Shown piece by piece: positions 10,545 to 19,098 of a DNA stretch of 64,000 nucleotides. Position numbers and translations under genes: made by a program. The stretch is from Sphaerotilus sp. (GTDB lineage: Bacteria > Pseudomonadota > Gammaproteobacteria > Burkholderiales > Burkholderiaceae_C), in NCBI RefSeq assembly GCF_013299175.1, contig NZ_JAAFKF010000002.1, positions 5,248-69,247 of the forward strand, read 5' to 3'. The notes under the pieces were generated by a model. That model saw only the letters and a program-made list of their open reading frames with translations, did not search any database and was not told the DNA's origin. The number at the start of each line of letters is the position of its first letter. Position 1 is the first letter of the stretch.

Positions 10545-11453
10545 CTAGACATCGCAGACCACCTGCCCCTGGAGCCGCAGTGCGCCCGAGGCCAGCAGCT
10601 CGTCGAGCAGGGTCTGGCAACTGGCACGGGGTGCGCCGTGGAATCCGGCCCTTCCCAGGGTGCCAATCACCAGCGGGGTGTTTTCGGCCCAGATCAGCAG
10701 GTCTTCGAGAGCTTGTTGACGCTCTTCCATGGCGTGGTATTTCAACAGAACCTTGGCCGCGTGCCGGGCGTGCTGCGGCGGATTGGAAACAAATTTCGAC
10801 AAACGTAGCCGGGCGCGCTGCAAGGCCGGGCCGACATCGGTGAAGGCGCTGCCGTGGCCGGGGATCACCGTGCGGGCATCCAGCCGCTCGATCAGGTCGA
10901 GCACCTCGGCCACCTGGTCAAAGGCGTCGATGCCATCGAGTTCGGGAAACACGACACCGAAGCCGTTCTGCCAGAGGGCATCGGCCGAGACCAGCACCCC
11001 GTCCTGCGCGTCGAACAGCATCAGCGAGTCGGGGTCGTGTCCGGGTGCCGCCAGCACGTCCCACGCCCGTTCCCCCACGCGCAGCACCTCGCCGGGCCGC
11101 AGCACCGCGTCGTGCCGGAAGCGGTCGCAGCGTTGGCCGGTGACGCGGTAGCTCAGCACGTCCAGATCCCAGCCAGACACGGCGGCGGCCTGGCCGGGAG
11201 CGATCCAGAGGGCGGCGCCGGGGTGGGCCGCCTGCAAGGCCGCGTTGCCGCCGCAGTGGTCGGAGTGGAGGTGGGTGTTGACGATGCGGGTGAGCGGCTC
11301 GCCGGCCAGGGCCTGGGCGACGAGGGCCACGGTCTGCGCGGCGTGGACGCTGTGGCCAGTGTCGATGACGGTGGCACCCTCGCCGGGGGCACCGTGCAGC
11401 ACGACGTTGTTCGAGGAGAGCCAGCCGCGCTCCAGCAGCGTCAGGCCACGCAT
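10545..11453 (-). CDS. MBL-fold metallo-hydrolase
   Basis: THLHSDHCGG, APGH, SADAL, IPGHG. Confidence 0.9.
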   Translation of the reverse strand: MRGLTLLERGWLSSNNVVLHGAPGEGATVIDTGHSVHAAQTVALVAQALAGEPLTRIVNTHLHSDHCGGNAALQAAHPGAALWIAPGQAAAVSGWDLDVLSYRVTGQRCDRFRHDAVLRPGEVLRVGERAWDVLAAPGHDPDSLMLFDAQDGVLVSADALWQNGFGVVFPELDGIDAFDQVAEVLDLIERLDARTVIPGHGSAFTDVGPALQRARLRLSKFVSNPPQHARHAAKVLLKYHAMEERQQALEDLLIWAENTPLVIGTLGRAGFHGAPRASCQTLLDELLASGALRLQGQVVCDV

Positions 11454-11454
11454 C

Positions 11455-12837
11455 TCAGCGCACCACGACTTCGCCCCGCAGCGAGTGCGGCAGTGCGCTC
11501 AGGATGGTCACGTCGAGCATTTCACCGACCAGCCGTGCCGGGTTCGGCCCGCCGGGGAAGTTGACGATGCGGTTGCACTCAGTGCGGCCCATCAGCTCGG
11601 TCGGATCCTTTCGGCTCGGGCCTTCGACGAGGATGCGTTGCACGGTGCCGACCCGGCTGGCACTGATGCGGCGCACGTTCTCCTCGATCGTGGCTTGCAG
11701 GTGCTGCAGGCGCTTCAACTTCACGTCGGCCGGCGTGTCGTCGAGCAACGCGGCGGCGGGTGTGCCGGGGCGCGGGCTGAAGATGAAGCTGAAGCTGGAA
11801 TCGAAGCCGATGTCCTCGATCAGCTTCATCGTGCGGGCGTGGTCGTCGTCGGTCTCGCCGGGGAAGCCGACGATGAAGTCGGTGGACAGGCAGATGTCCG
11901 GCCGCACCGCGCGGATCTTGCGGATCGTGCTCTTGTACTCCAGCGTCGTGTAGCCGCGCTTCATGCCCGAGAGGATGCGGTCGCTGCCGTGCTGCACGGG
12001 CAGGTGCAGGTGGTTCACGAGCTGCGGCACCTTGGCGTAGACATCGACCAGGCGCTGCGTGAACTCGTTCGGGTGGCTGGTGGTGTAGCGGATGCGCTGG
12101 AGTCCGGGGATCTCGGCGACGTACTCGATGAGCATCGCGAAGTCGGCGATCTCGGCCGTGCCACCCATCTTGCCGCGGTACGCGTTGACGTTCTGGCCGA
12201 GCAGCGTGACCTCCTTGACGCCCTGGTCGGCGAGCCCGGCCACCTCGGTCAGCACTTCCTCGAACGGCCGGCTGAACTCCTCGCCGCGCGTGTAGGGCAC
12301 GACGCAGTACGAGCAATACTTCGAGCAGCCTTCCATGATCGAGACGAAGGCGGAGGCGCCGTCCACCCGCGCCGGGGGAAGGTGGTCGAACTTCTCGATC
12401 TCGGGGAAGCTGATGTCCACCTGCTGGCGGCCCAGCGTCTTGCGGCGCTCCAGCAGTTGCGGCAGGCGGTGCAGCGTCTGCGGGCCGAACACCACGTCCA
12501 CGTAGGGCGCGCGCTCGATGATGGCCGCACCTTCCTGGCTGGCGACACAGCCGCCCACGCCGATCATCACGCCCTTGGCCTTCAGGTGGCGCACGCGGCC
12601 GAGGTCGCTGAACACCTTCTCCTGCGCCTTCTCGCGCACCGAGCAGGTGTTGAACAGGATCAGGTCGGCCTCTTCGGGGTCGTTGGTCGGGGTGTAGCCC
12701 TCGGCGGCGTGCATCACATCGGACATCTTGTCCGAGTCGTACTCGTTCATCTGGCAGCCGAAGGTGCGGATGTAGACCTTCTTGCCGGTGGGCGTGGGGG
12801 AGGGGGAGGGGGAGGAGGGCAGGGTGTCGGTGGTCAT
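11455..12837 (-). CDS. miaB: tRNA methylthiotransferase MiaB
   Basis: [20 protein letters not shown], radical [12 protein letters not shown]-terminal TRAM domain. Confidence 0.97.
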   Translation of the reverse strand: MTTDTLPSSPSPSPTPTGKKVYIRTFGCQMNEYDSDKMSDVMHAAEGYTPTNDPEEADLILFNTCSVREKAQEKVFSDLGRVRHLKAKGVMIGVGGCVASQEGAAIIERAPYVDVVFGPQTLHRLPQLLERRKTLGRQQVDISFPEIEKFDHLPPARVDGASAFVSIMEGCSKYCSYCVVPYTRGEEFSRPFEEVLTEVAGLADQGVKEVTLLGQNVNAYRGKMGGTAEIADFAMLIEYVAEIPGLQRIRYTTSHPNEFTQRLVDVYAKVPQLVNHLHLPVQHGSDRILSGMKRGYTTLEYKSTIRKIRAVRPDICLSTDFIVGFPGETDDDHARTMKLIEDIGFDSSFSFIFSPRPGTPAAALLDDTPADVKLKRLQHLQATIEENVRRISASRVGTVQRILVEGPSRKDPTELMGRTECNRIVNFPGGPNPARLVGEMLDVTILSALPHSLRGEVVVR

Positions 12838-13271
12838 GGTGTAGATCCAGCGGCCGAAAGGGACGCGATCTTACCGGCTGGACCTGGGGTCGCCTGGGTC
12901 CGCGTGGTACTGCCACAAGTACCGATTCGTTCCGTGAAGGGGTCTTGATGGTACCAATTCGTGTCAAGGCGTAGCAAAAGTGTCGATCAGGCTCAATATG
13001 TGAGCCAGTCAGCGGTAGATTCGCAGTCTGTGCATGTTCAAATCGGGTCTGCATGTGGGATTTGATGCATATTTGAAAAAATCGACCAAGCTGGTCCGAC
13101 AAAGCCCGCAACAGCCTGTGGTATGGGACGGTCGCGTTTTTCGTGCTGCGGTTTCCCTGGTTCATGGGGCACGGCAGCGTGATTGGGCGACGGACAGGCT
13201 GGTCGTCGCTACCATCGGTTACAGGCAGCGGCATCTGCATTCCGCCTGTTCCCGTGCGGTGATCCACCCTC

Positions 13272-13298
13272 TGCAGTCTTGGATGAAGTTGCCGATAT
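13272..13298 (+). promoter_or_regulatory. Putative sigma28 (FliA)-type promoter
   Basis: TGCAGTCT-N11-GCCGATAT versus consensus TAAAGTTT-N11-GCCGATAA (5/8 and 7/8, exact spacing). Confidence 0.5.
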
Positions 13299-13347
13299 GA
13301 ACTGGTCACACAACGCTCAGCAGCAGCCACGATGGGGACACAGCACC

Positions 13348-13737
13348 ATGCGATTCGGCCGTACAAAACAGCGCGGCGACCCCGTGCAGGAACACATCGA
13401 CTGTCTGGTGGGCTGCGGCACGACCGTGACGGGCGATCTGACGTTCGCGGGGGGCTTGCGCATTGATGGCCATGTCGAGGGTGACGTGATCGTCTCGCCG
13501 GCCATTCCGGGGACGCTGGTGATCGGCGACCAGGGCAGTGTGGCCGGGGACGTGCGGGTGTCGCACCTGATCGTGTTCGGCCGGGTGCTGGGCACGGTCT
13601 ACGCCAGCGGACTGGTGGATCTGCGCATCAGCGCCCAGGTGGCGGGTGATGTGCATTACGGTGCAATCGAGATCGAGAAGGGCGCGGTGGTCGAAGGCCA
13701 TCTCGTCAAACACAAGACGGCGGGTACGGTGCAATGA
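13348..13737 (+). CDS. Bactofilin (polymer-forming cytoskeletal protein)
   Basis: IDCLVGxGTTVTGDLTFAGGLRIDGHVEG...LVIGxxGSVxGDV...GRVxG...VxGDVHYGAIEIEKGAVVEG; alternative start 13297. Confidence 0.92.
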   Translation: MRFGRTKQRGDPVQEHIDCLVGCGTTVTGDLTFAGGLRIDGHVEGDVIVSPAIPGTLVIGDQGSVAGDVRVSHLIVFGRVLGTVYASGLVDLRISAQVAGDVHYGAIEIEKGAVVEGHLVKHKTAGTVQ

Positions 13738-14396
13738 GCGGTGTTCAGTCGGTGATCGGGGCGTCGGACCCCATGTTCGTGTTCGCCCGAGCCGGGCGGC
13801 TGGACTGTCCGTCGAGCACGGATGTGCAGGACGCCTGGCGCCATTTTTCCATCCAGGTCGCCCGCGATCCGCTCGACATCGAGGCCCACACGCGCCGCGT
13901 GCTGCTGGCCAGTCGGCCGCCGCTGACCGACCGGGCCTTCGGGGCGCTGGTGGATCTGTTCCTGGCGCTCGGCGACCACGGTCGGGGTCTGCGCCGGCAG
14001 TTGCTGGAGCAGGCGATGCCCTGGCTCGATCCCGACGACGCCCATTTCCTGCGCACGCACCTGGATACACGCCTGTCCCGCGGCGCGCAGTTGCCGACCC
14101 AGCGCTGGTCGGTGCTGGACACGGCCGTCCTGGGTTCGCTGGACATGGTGGGGCTGCAGCGCCGCCAGGTCGCCCAGGAAACACCGTTCCAGCAGGCCAT
14201 GTCGTTACTTGAATATGGCGATCTGGCAGGCGCGCGTGGCATGCTGGAGGTCGCGCTGCTGGAAGAGCCTGACAATGAGGAAGTCAACCGCGAACTGCTG
14301 GCCATCTACCAGCACAGCCGGGACGACGCAGGCAAGGCCGACATGGCCGACAAGCTTGTCGCACGCCACGGCGCGCTGCCTTCGGGTTGGGCTTGA
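13734..14396 (+). CDS. Hypothetical protein with C-terminal TPR-like helices
   Basis: ATGA overlap with bactofilin stop; C-terminal AMSLLEYGDLAGARGMLEVALLEEPDNEEVNRELLAIY is TPR-like. Confidence 0.7.
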   Translation: MSGVQSVIGASDPMFVFARAGRLDCPSSTDVQDAWRHFSIQVARDPLDIEAHTRRVLLASRPPLTDRAFGALVDLFLALGDHGRGLRRQLLEQAMPWLDPDDAHFLRTHLDTRLSRGAQLPTQRWSVLDTAVLGSLDMVGLQRRQVAQETPFQQAMSLLEYGDLAGARGMLEVALLEEPDNEEVNRELLAIYQHSRDDAGKADMADKLVARHGALPSGWA

Positions 14397-14461
14397 GACG
14401 CTGTCCAGCGTTCCGAGCAGACATCCCAGCCGATCGATCTATGACTTTGAGCCTGTAGTCA

Positions 14462-16199
14462 GTGGAAGCCACCAAGCTGCAAACCCGATTGAAGGTCGTC
14501 CTTCTGTCACTGCCCCCACGCACCCAGGCGGTGCTGGATTTCTTCTTTTCGAGCACAGGACGCAGCAGTTTTGCGCCGTCGAGCGAAGAGGCTGCCGACG
14601 TGGCCATCTTCGACTTCGATACGCTGGAGTCGCGCCAGCACTGGGAACGCTGGCATGGACGGCGCGGCGGCCCTGGCATCGCCCTGTCCACCCAGTCCCA
14701 GGACGTGGACTCGGCGATCTGGGTGCAAAAGCCGGTGACGCCGGCGGCCTTGCTCGCGGCGGCCGCGGAGCTGCGCACGCGGCGCTGGAGCGGCGGTGTT
14801 GCGGTGTCTGCACCGGCGGCTCCTGCGGTGGTGCCGGCCCCGGCGCCGGTGCCTGCGCTCCCGCCAATCGCTGAACTGTCGACATGGACGGAGAGTCCTG
14901 CTCCTGCAACTGCGCCCGCTGCCGTGGTGCGGCCGGTCGCGCCACGGCCGGTGGTGGCCTCGCCTGCGCCTGCACCAAGTGGCGGATTGGGGGGGCTGTT
15001 TCGCCGGATCTTCAACAAGTCCGCACCCGTTGCGGCGCCCGTTGCCGCACCTGCTCCGACGCTGGCTCCGGCGCCTGTGCCGCCCCCATTGCCGGTTACT
15101 GCGCCGGTTACTGCGCCGGTTACTGCGCCGGTTACTGCGCCACAAGTCCGCACCCGTTGCGGCGCCCGTTGCCGCACCTGCTCCGACGCTGGCTCCGGCG
15201 CCTGTGCCGCCCCCATTGCCGGTTACTGCGCCGGTTACTGCGCCGGTTACTGCGCCGGTTACTGCGCCGGTTACTGCGCCTGCGCCTGCGCGCACACCGA
15301 TCCCCGTGCCCCCGGCGGTCCCCGCAGCACCAGTGGTCAAGCCTGCGCCCATACCGCCCCCGCCTCCGCCGAAACCTGCACCGCTGCCAGCCCCCACGCC
15401 AGCACCTGCTCCGGTGCTGGCCCCGCCGGCCCCTGTGCCTGCACCCGCCGCCGTGGCCGCACCCGTCCACGATGCCCATGGCCACCGCCGCCCGCGCCCC
15501 GAGGAACTGGTCGAGGAATCCCGCTACTGCGGCCAGCGTGCCGATGTGGCCGATGCCGCCCAACTGGCCGATGGCAGCCTGCGCTACGACCCGGCCCAGC
15601 ACCTCGTGGGCGTGCTCAAGGATGCTTACCTGGTCAGTTGCAAGTGGCAAGTGCCGACCCACCTCGACAGCACCGCCGGCCGCATCACCGTCGATGGCAC
15701 CACCAACCTCATCTACTGCGAGTTCAACGCCGAGCAGCTCGCTGCGCTGGTGGGCAAACCCCTCGACAAGCGGCCCAAGACGCGCGCATTCAGCCGCCAG
15801 GAGTTCGCCGATCTGCAGGGCACGCTGGAGAAGAAAGCCTTGGTGCAGCGGCTCGACCATGTGCTGTGGCAGACCGCGCTGGAGACCTCGGCAGGCCGGC
15901 TGCCGGTTGGCGTGGACCCGGTCGCTCCGGTCTACCTCAAGCACTGGCCCAATCTGACCCGTCTGCACCGCACGCCGCACGCTTTGCGCATTGCGGCCTT
16001 GTGGACCACCAGGGGCGCAGGGTTGCTGGAGACGGCCCTGACGCTCAAGATCGCCCAGCGCCACGTGTTCGCGTTCTACAACGCGGCACTGGCCCTGGAT
16101 CTGATCACTGAAGACGGCGCGCAGGTCCGCAGGGCACAGCGCAAGACCAAGAACAACCGCGGTCTGCTGACCCGCTTGTTCGGCTGGCTGAACAAATAA
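14462..16199 (+). pseudogene. Atypical receiver domain - Pro/Ala linker - conserved C-terminal domain protein, frameshifted by a 127-bp duplication (possibly artefact)
   Basis: N-part in frame of 14462 (LKVVLLS, ADVAIFDFD, GIALS, VQKP); C-part in frame ending at 16199. Removing 15015-15141 leaves 1611 nt = one intact 536-aa ORF. Confidence 0.75.
15015..15280 (+). repeat. 127-bp direct tandem duplication containing 12-bp VNTR GCCGGTTACTGC (4 copies, then 5 copies)
   Basis: ACAAGTCCGCACCCGTTGCGG... starts at 15015 and again at 15142; 12-mer arrays at 15091-15138 and 15218-15277 encode PVTA repeats. Confidence 0.95.
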
Positions 16200-16204
16200 G
16201 CAAC

Positions 16205-16741
16205 ATGGCCCAAACCGATCACAAAATCATCTTCACCGGCCCTGTCGGTGCAGGCAAGACCACGGCCATCGCCTCGATCAGCGACATCGAGCCGATCCGC
16301 ACCGACGAACATGCGTCGGACATGACCCAGAAGCGCAAGTCCGCCACCACCGTGGCCATGGACTACGGAATGATCCGTCTGGGCCCGAAGGAGAAGGTCC
16401 ACCTGTACGGCACGCCCGGCCAGGAACGCTTCGACTTCATGTGGGACATCCTGACCAAGGGCGGGATCGGACTGGTGCTGTTGCTCGACAACACGCGCCC
16501 GACGCCGTTCGAGGACATGCGCTTCTACATCAAGGCGTTCAAGGAGTTCATCGATGGCACCCGGCTCGTGATCGGCGTGACGCAGATGGACGCCCGTCCG
16601 ACGCCCACCATCGACGAGTACGTGCGCCAGCTGGCCGAGCTGGACGTGTCCGCGCCCGTCTTCGAGGTGGACGCCCGCCAGCGCACCGATGTCTCGACGC
16701 TGATCGAGGCCCTGCTGCTCCAGATCGACCCGACCCTCTGA
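16205..16741 (+). CDS. MglA/CvnD-like small GTPase
   Basis: G1 GPVGAGKTT, G2 TTVAMDYG, G3 LYGTPGQERF, G4 VTQMD, G5 DAR. Confidence 0.92.
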   Translation: MAQTDHKIIFTGPVGAGKTTAIASISDIEPIRTDEHASDMTQKRKSATTVAMDYGMIRLGPKEKVHLYGTPGQERFDFMWDILTKGGIGLVLLLDNTRPTPFEDMRFYIKAFKEFIDGTRLVIGVTQMDARPTPTIDEYVRQLAELDVSAPVFEVDARQRTDVSTLIEALLLQIDPTL

Positions 16742-16763
16742 CCCGGTAACTTCCGCGCCACCC

Positions 16764-17405
16764 ATGGACCATTACACCCTCACTGGCGAGTTCTACCTCC
16801 ACCCGACGCCGGCGGGTGCCTACTACGCCGCCAGCCGGCCCACCCGTGATCCAGCACGGCTGTTCCTGCAGCGGCTGCTGCGCGAATCCGAGACGCCACG
16901 CCTGACCGCCGACCTGGTGCAGGACTGGATGTCGATGGGGCAGCAGGACGCGCTGGAGTTCATCTACCGCCTGCAGTCCTCGGGCTTCGTGCAAGGGCTG
17001 CCGATGCACGTCGAGGTGCCGCCCGACTCGATCGAGGCGATGCTGCCGCCGTTGCTGGCGCAGTTGTCCGACGAGGGCAAGGCGATCCTGGCCGACAAGC
17101 GCGGTCTGTACCTGGGCACCGCCGGCTTTGCGCATGAGACGGCCGAAGAACTCGCCGCACTCGGCGGTGACCTGGCCAGCGTCCACGAGCGCCACGCGCG
17201 GCTGCTGCACGGCAACATGCGCCTGCGCAGCGACGGCTGGGGCATGGTGAACGCCGCGGGCTACTGCGAAGTCGGTTTCTGGCCGCTGTACTTCGGCGAC
17301 GACTACTTCATCCTGATCGTCAATGGCATGCCACGGTTCAACCAGGAAGCCTTCACCACGCTGGTGTGGACCCTGGGTGTGCGCTACGGCAACACGGCCT
17401 TCTGA
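16764..17405 (+). CDS. Hypothetical protein; probable N-terminal helical/wHTH region plus roadblock/longin-like C-terminal domain
   Basis: C-half (AILADKRGLYLGTAGF...EELAALGGDL...VGFWPLYFGDDYFILIV) follows the roadblock strand/helix pattern; sits between the GTPase and MglB. Confidence 0.6.
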   Translation: MDHYTLTGEFYLHPTPAGAYYAASRPTRDPARLFLQRLLRESETPRLTADLVQDWMSMGQQDALEFIYRLQSSGFVQGLPMHVEVPPDSIEAMLPPLLAQLSDEGKAILADKRGLYLGTAGFAHETAEELAALGGDLASVHERHARLLHGNMRLRSDGWGMVNAAGYCEVGFWPLYFGDDYFILIVNGMPRFNQEAFTTLVWTLGVRYGNTAF

Positions 17406-17456
17406 TGTCCATTTCCCTCCCCCGATCTCCCTTTTTTCTCTCGAAGGAACTGCCCC

Positions 17457-17819
17457 ATGCGTGAAGACCTGCTGAACTCGATCCTGAGCGAACTCAACGG
17501 ATCCACCGCCGACATCGAAGCCTCGGCCGTGTTGTCCACCGACGGCCTGATGATGGCCTCGATGCTGCCGGCCGGCATGGACGAGGACCGCGTGGGTGCC
17601 ATGAGCGCCGCCATGCTGTCGCTGGGCGACCGCACTTCGCGCGAACTCGCCCGCGGCGAGCTGGAGCAGGTGCTGGTCAAGGGCGCCAAGGGTTATGTGC
17701 TGATGACGTACGCGGGCAAGGACTCGGTGCTGACGGCGCTGTGCAAACCGAATTCGCGTCTGGGCCTGATCTTCCTCGACGTGAAGCGCGCCGCCGACGC
17801 CATCAGCAAGGTCATCTGA
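17457..17819 (+). CDS. Roadblock/LC7 (MglB-like) protein
   Basis: ASAVLSTDGLMMAS, DRVGAMSAAMLSLG, LEQVLVKGAKGYVLM, LGLIFLDVKRAA. Confidence 0.93.
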   Translation: MREDLLNSILSELNGSTADIEASAVLSTDGLMMASMLPAGMDEDRVGAMSAAMLSLGDRTSRELARGELEQVLVKGAKGYVLMTYAGKDSVLTALCKPNSRLGLIFLDVKRAADAISKVI

Positions 17820-17846
17820 TCGGTCGGTCGAGATCGAGGGAAATCG

Positions 17847-18344
17847 ATGATGACCGATATGAGTGAGGCGGATCTGGTCCCCGCAGCGCCGCACCGTGCG
17901 CTGACGTTGAGCTACCACGATGGGCGTACCCGTCGTGTGCTGGTCAACGACCAGGAGGTGCCGTACCCGGATGGCATGCTGATCGTCTCGCGCACCGACT
18001 CGGCGGGCATCATCACGCACGCCAACCAGGCGTTCGTGGACATGTCGGGCTATGCACGCGACGAGCTGATCGGCGAGAGCCACTGCATCCTGCGCCACCC
18101 GGACATGCCGACGGCCGCGTTCCATGACCTGTGGGACACGGTCAAGCGTGGTGCCAAGTGGCAGGGCTACGTGAAGAATCTGCGCAAGGATGGCGCGCAT
18201 TACTGGGTCTTCGCCACCGCGATCCCCAATGTGCGCGAGGGCCGCGTCGTGGGCTACACGTCGGTGCGCCGCAAGCCTTCGCGCGCCAAGGTCAACGACT
18301 GCATCGCGCACTATGCGCGGCTGCGCAGCGAGGAGCTGAAGTGA
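17847..18344 (+). CDS. Stand-alone Aer-type PAS domain protein
   Basis: IVSRTD...ITHANQAFVDMSGY...ELIG..HCILRHPDMPxAAFxDLW...WxGYVKNLRKDGxHYWV, close to the FAD-binding PAS of E. coli Aer; no transmembrane or MCP domain. Confidence 0.9.
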   Translation: MMTDMSEADLVPAAPHRALTLSYHDGRTRRVLVNDQEVPYPDGMLIVSRTDSAGIITHANQAFVDMSGYARDELIGESHCILRHPDMPTAAFHDLWDTVKRGAKWQGYVKNLRKDGAHYWVFATAIPNVREGRVVGYTSVRRKPSRAKVNDCIAHYARLRSEELK

Positions 18345-19090
18345 CCCTGGAACTGACCGTCAGCCCGGACTTCTCGCCCGAGCACATCGCCGGCTGGTAC
18401 GTGTTCAACACCTGGCTGCAGCGCAAGCTTGGCGTGCGGATCCACCTGGAGCTGTACGAGGATTTTTCTACCCAGCGCCAGGCGATCGCGGCAGATCGGG
18501 TAGACCTGATCTACGCCAATCCCTACGACGCGGCCGTGCTGGTGCGCGAGAAAGGGTTCGTGGCCATCGCCGCGCCGCAGGGCAAGGCCGACGAGGTGGT
18601 GATCGCCGTGCCGGCCAGCTCGCCTGCGCAGACCGTGGAAGACCTGCAGCCGGGGTTGCGCCTGGCCATGACCCACGACCCGGATGTGAACCTGATCGGC
18701 ATGATCCTGCTGGAATCGGCCGACCTGACCCGCGACAACACGCAGGCACAGCAGGTTTCGACCTACGTCGTGCTCGCCCGCGCCCTGCTGCAAGGCAAGG
18801 CGGACTGTGGTTTCTTCCTTCAGGAAGCGTTCGATGACCTGAGCGCCCCGATCCGCCGCCAGTTGCGCCCGCTGATGACCAGCCAGATCAGTCTGGTTCA
18901 CCATGTGCTGCTGGTCGGGCCGCGGTGCGCAGCGCTGCGCGAGCCGCTGCAGGCGCTCTTGCTGGGCATGTCGGCGCCGGGCTCGGATGGCCGCGCCACG
19001 CTGCAAGCCCTTGGCCTGCGTGGCTGGGACAAGCAGGATCAGGAAGACACCGAATTCATGATCGACCTGATGGACACCTTGATGGTGTGA
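18341..19090 (+). CDS. PhnD/SsuA-like (PBP type 2) solute-binding protein lacking a signal peptide
   Basis: GTG overlaps PAS stop; DLIYANPYDA, SSPAQTVEDL, LLQGKADCG motifs; N-terminus not hydrophobic. Confidence 0.8.
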   Translation: MTLELTVSPDFSPEHIAGWYVFNTWLQRKLGVRIHLELYEDFSTQRQAIAADRVDLIYANPYDAAVLVREKGFVAIAAPQGKADEVVIAVPASSPAQTVEDLQPGLRLAMTHDPDVNLIGMILLESADLTRDNTQAQQVSTYVVLARALLQGKADCGFFLQEAFDDLSAPIRRQLRPLMTSQISLVHHVLLVGPRCAALREPLQALLLGMSAPGSDGRATLQALGLRGWDKQDQEDTEFMIDLMDTLMV

Positions 19091-19098
19091 AAACGGAC

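Noticed and set aside
13062-13075. FNR-like site TTGAT-GCAT-ATTTG upstream of the bactofilin operon
   Set aside because: Only one good half-site; too weak in an AT-rich stretch.
15091-15280. Repeat array as CRISPR
   Set aside because: 12-bp head-to-tail coding repeats with no spacers and no cas genes.
15142-16111. Cys-rich CAGYCAGYCAGY peptide in the 549-aa ORF-track product
   Set aside because: It is the out-of-frame reading of the PVTA repeat created by the 127-bp duplication, not a metal-binding or RiPP-like peptide.
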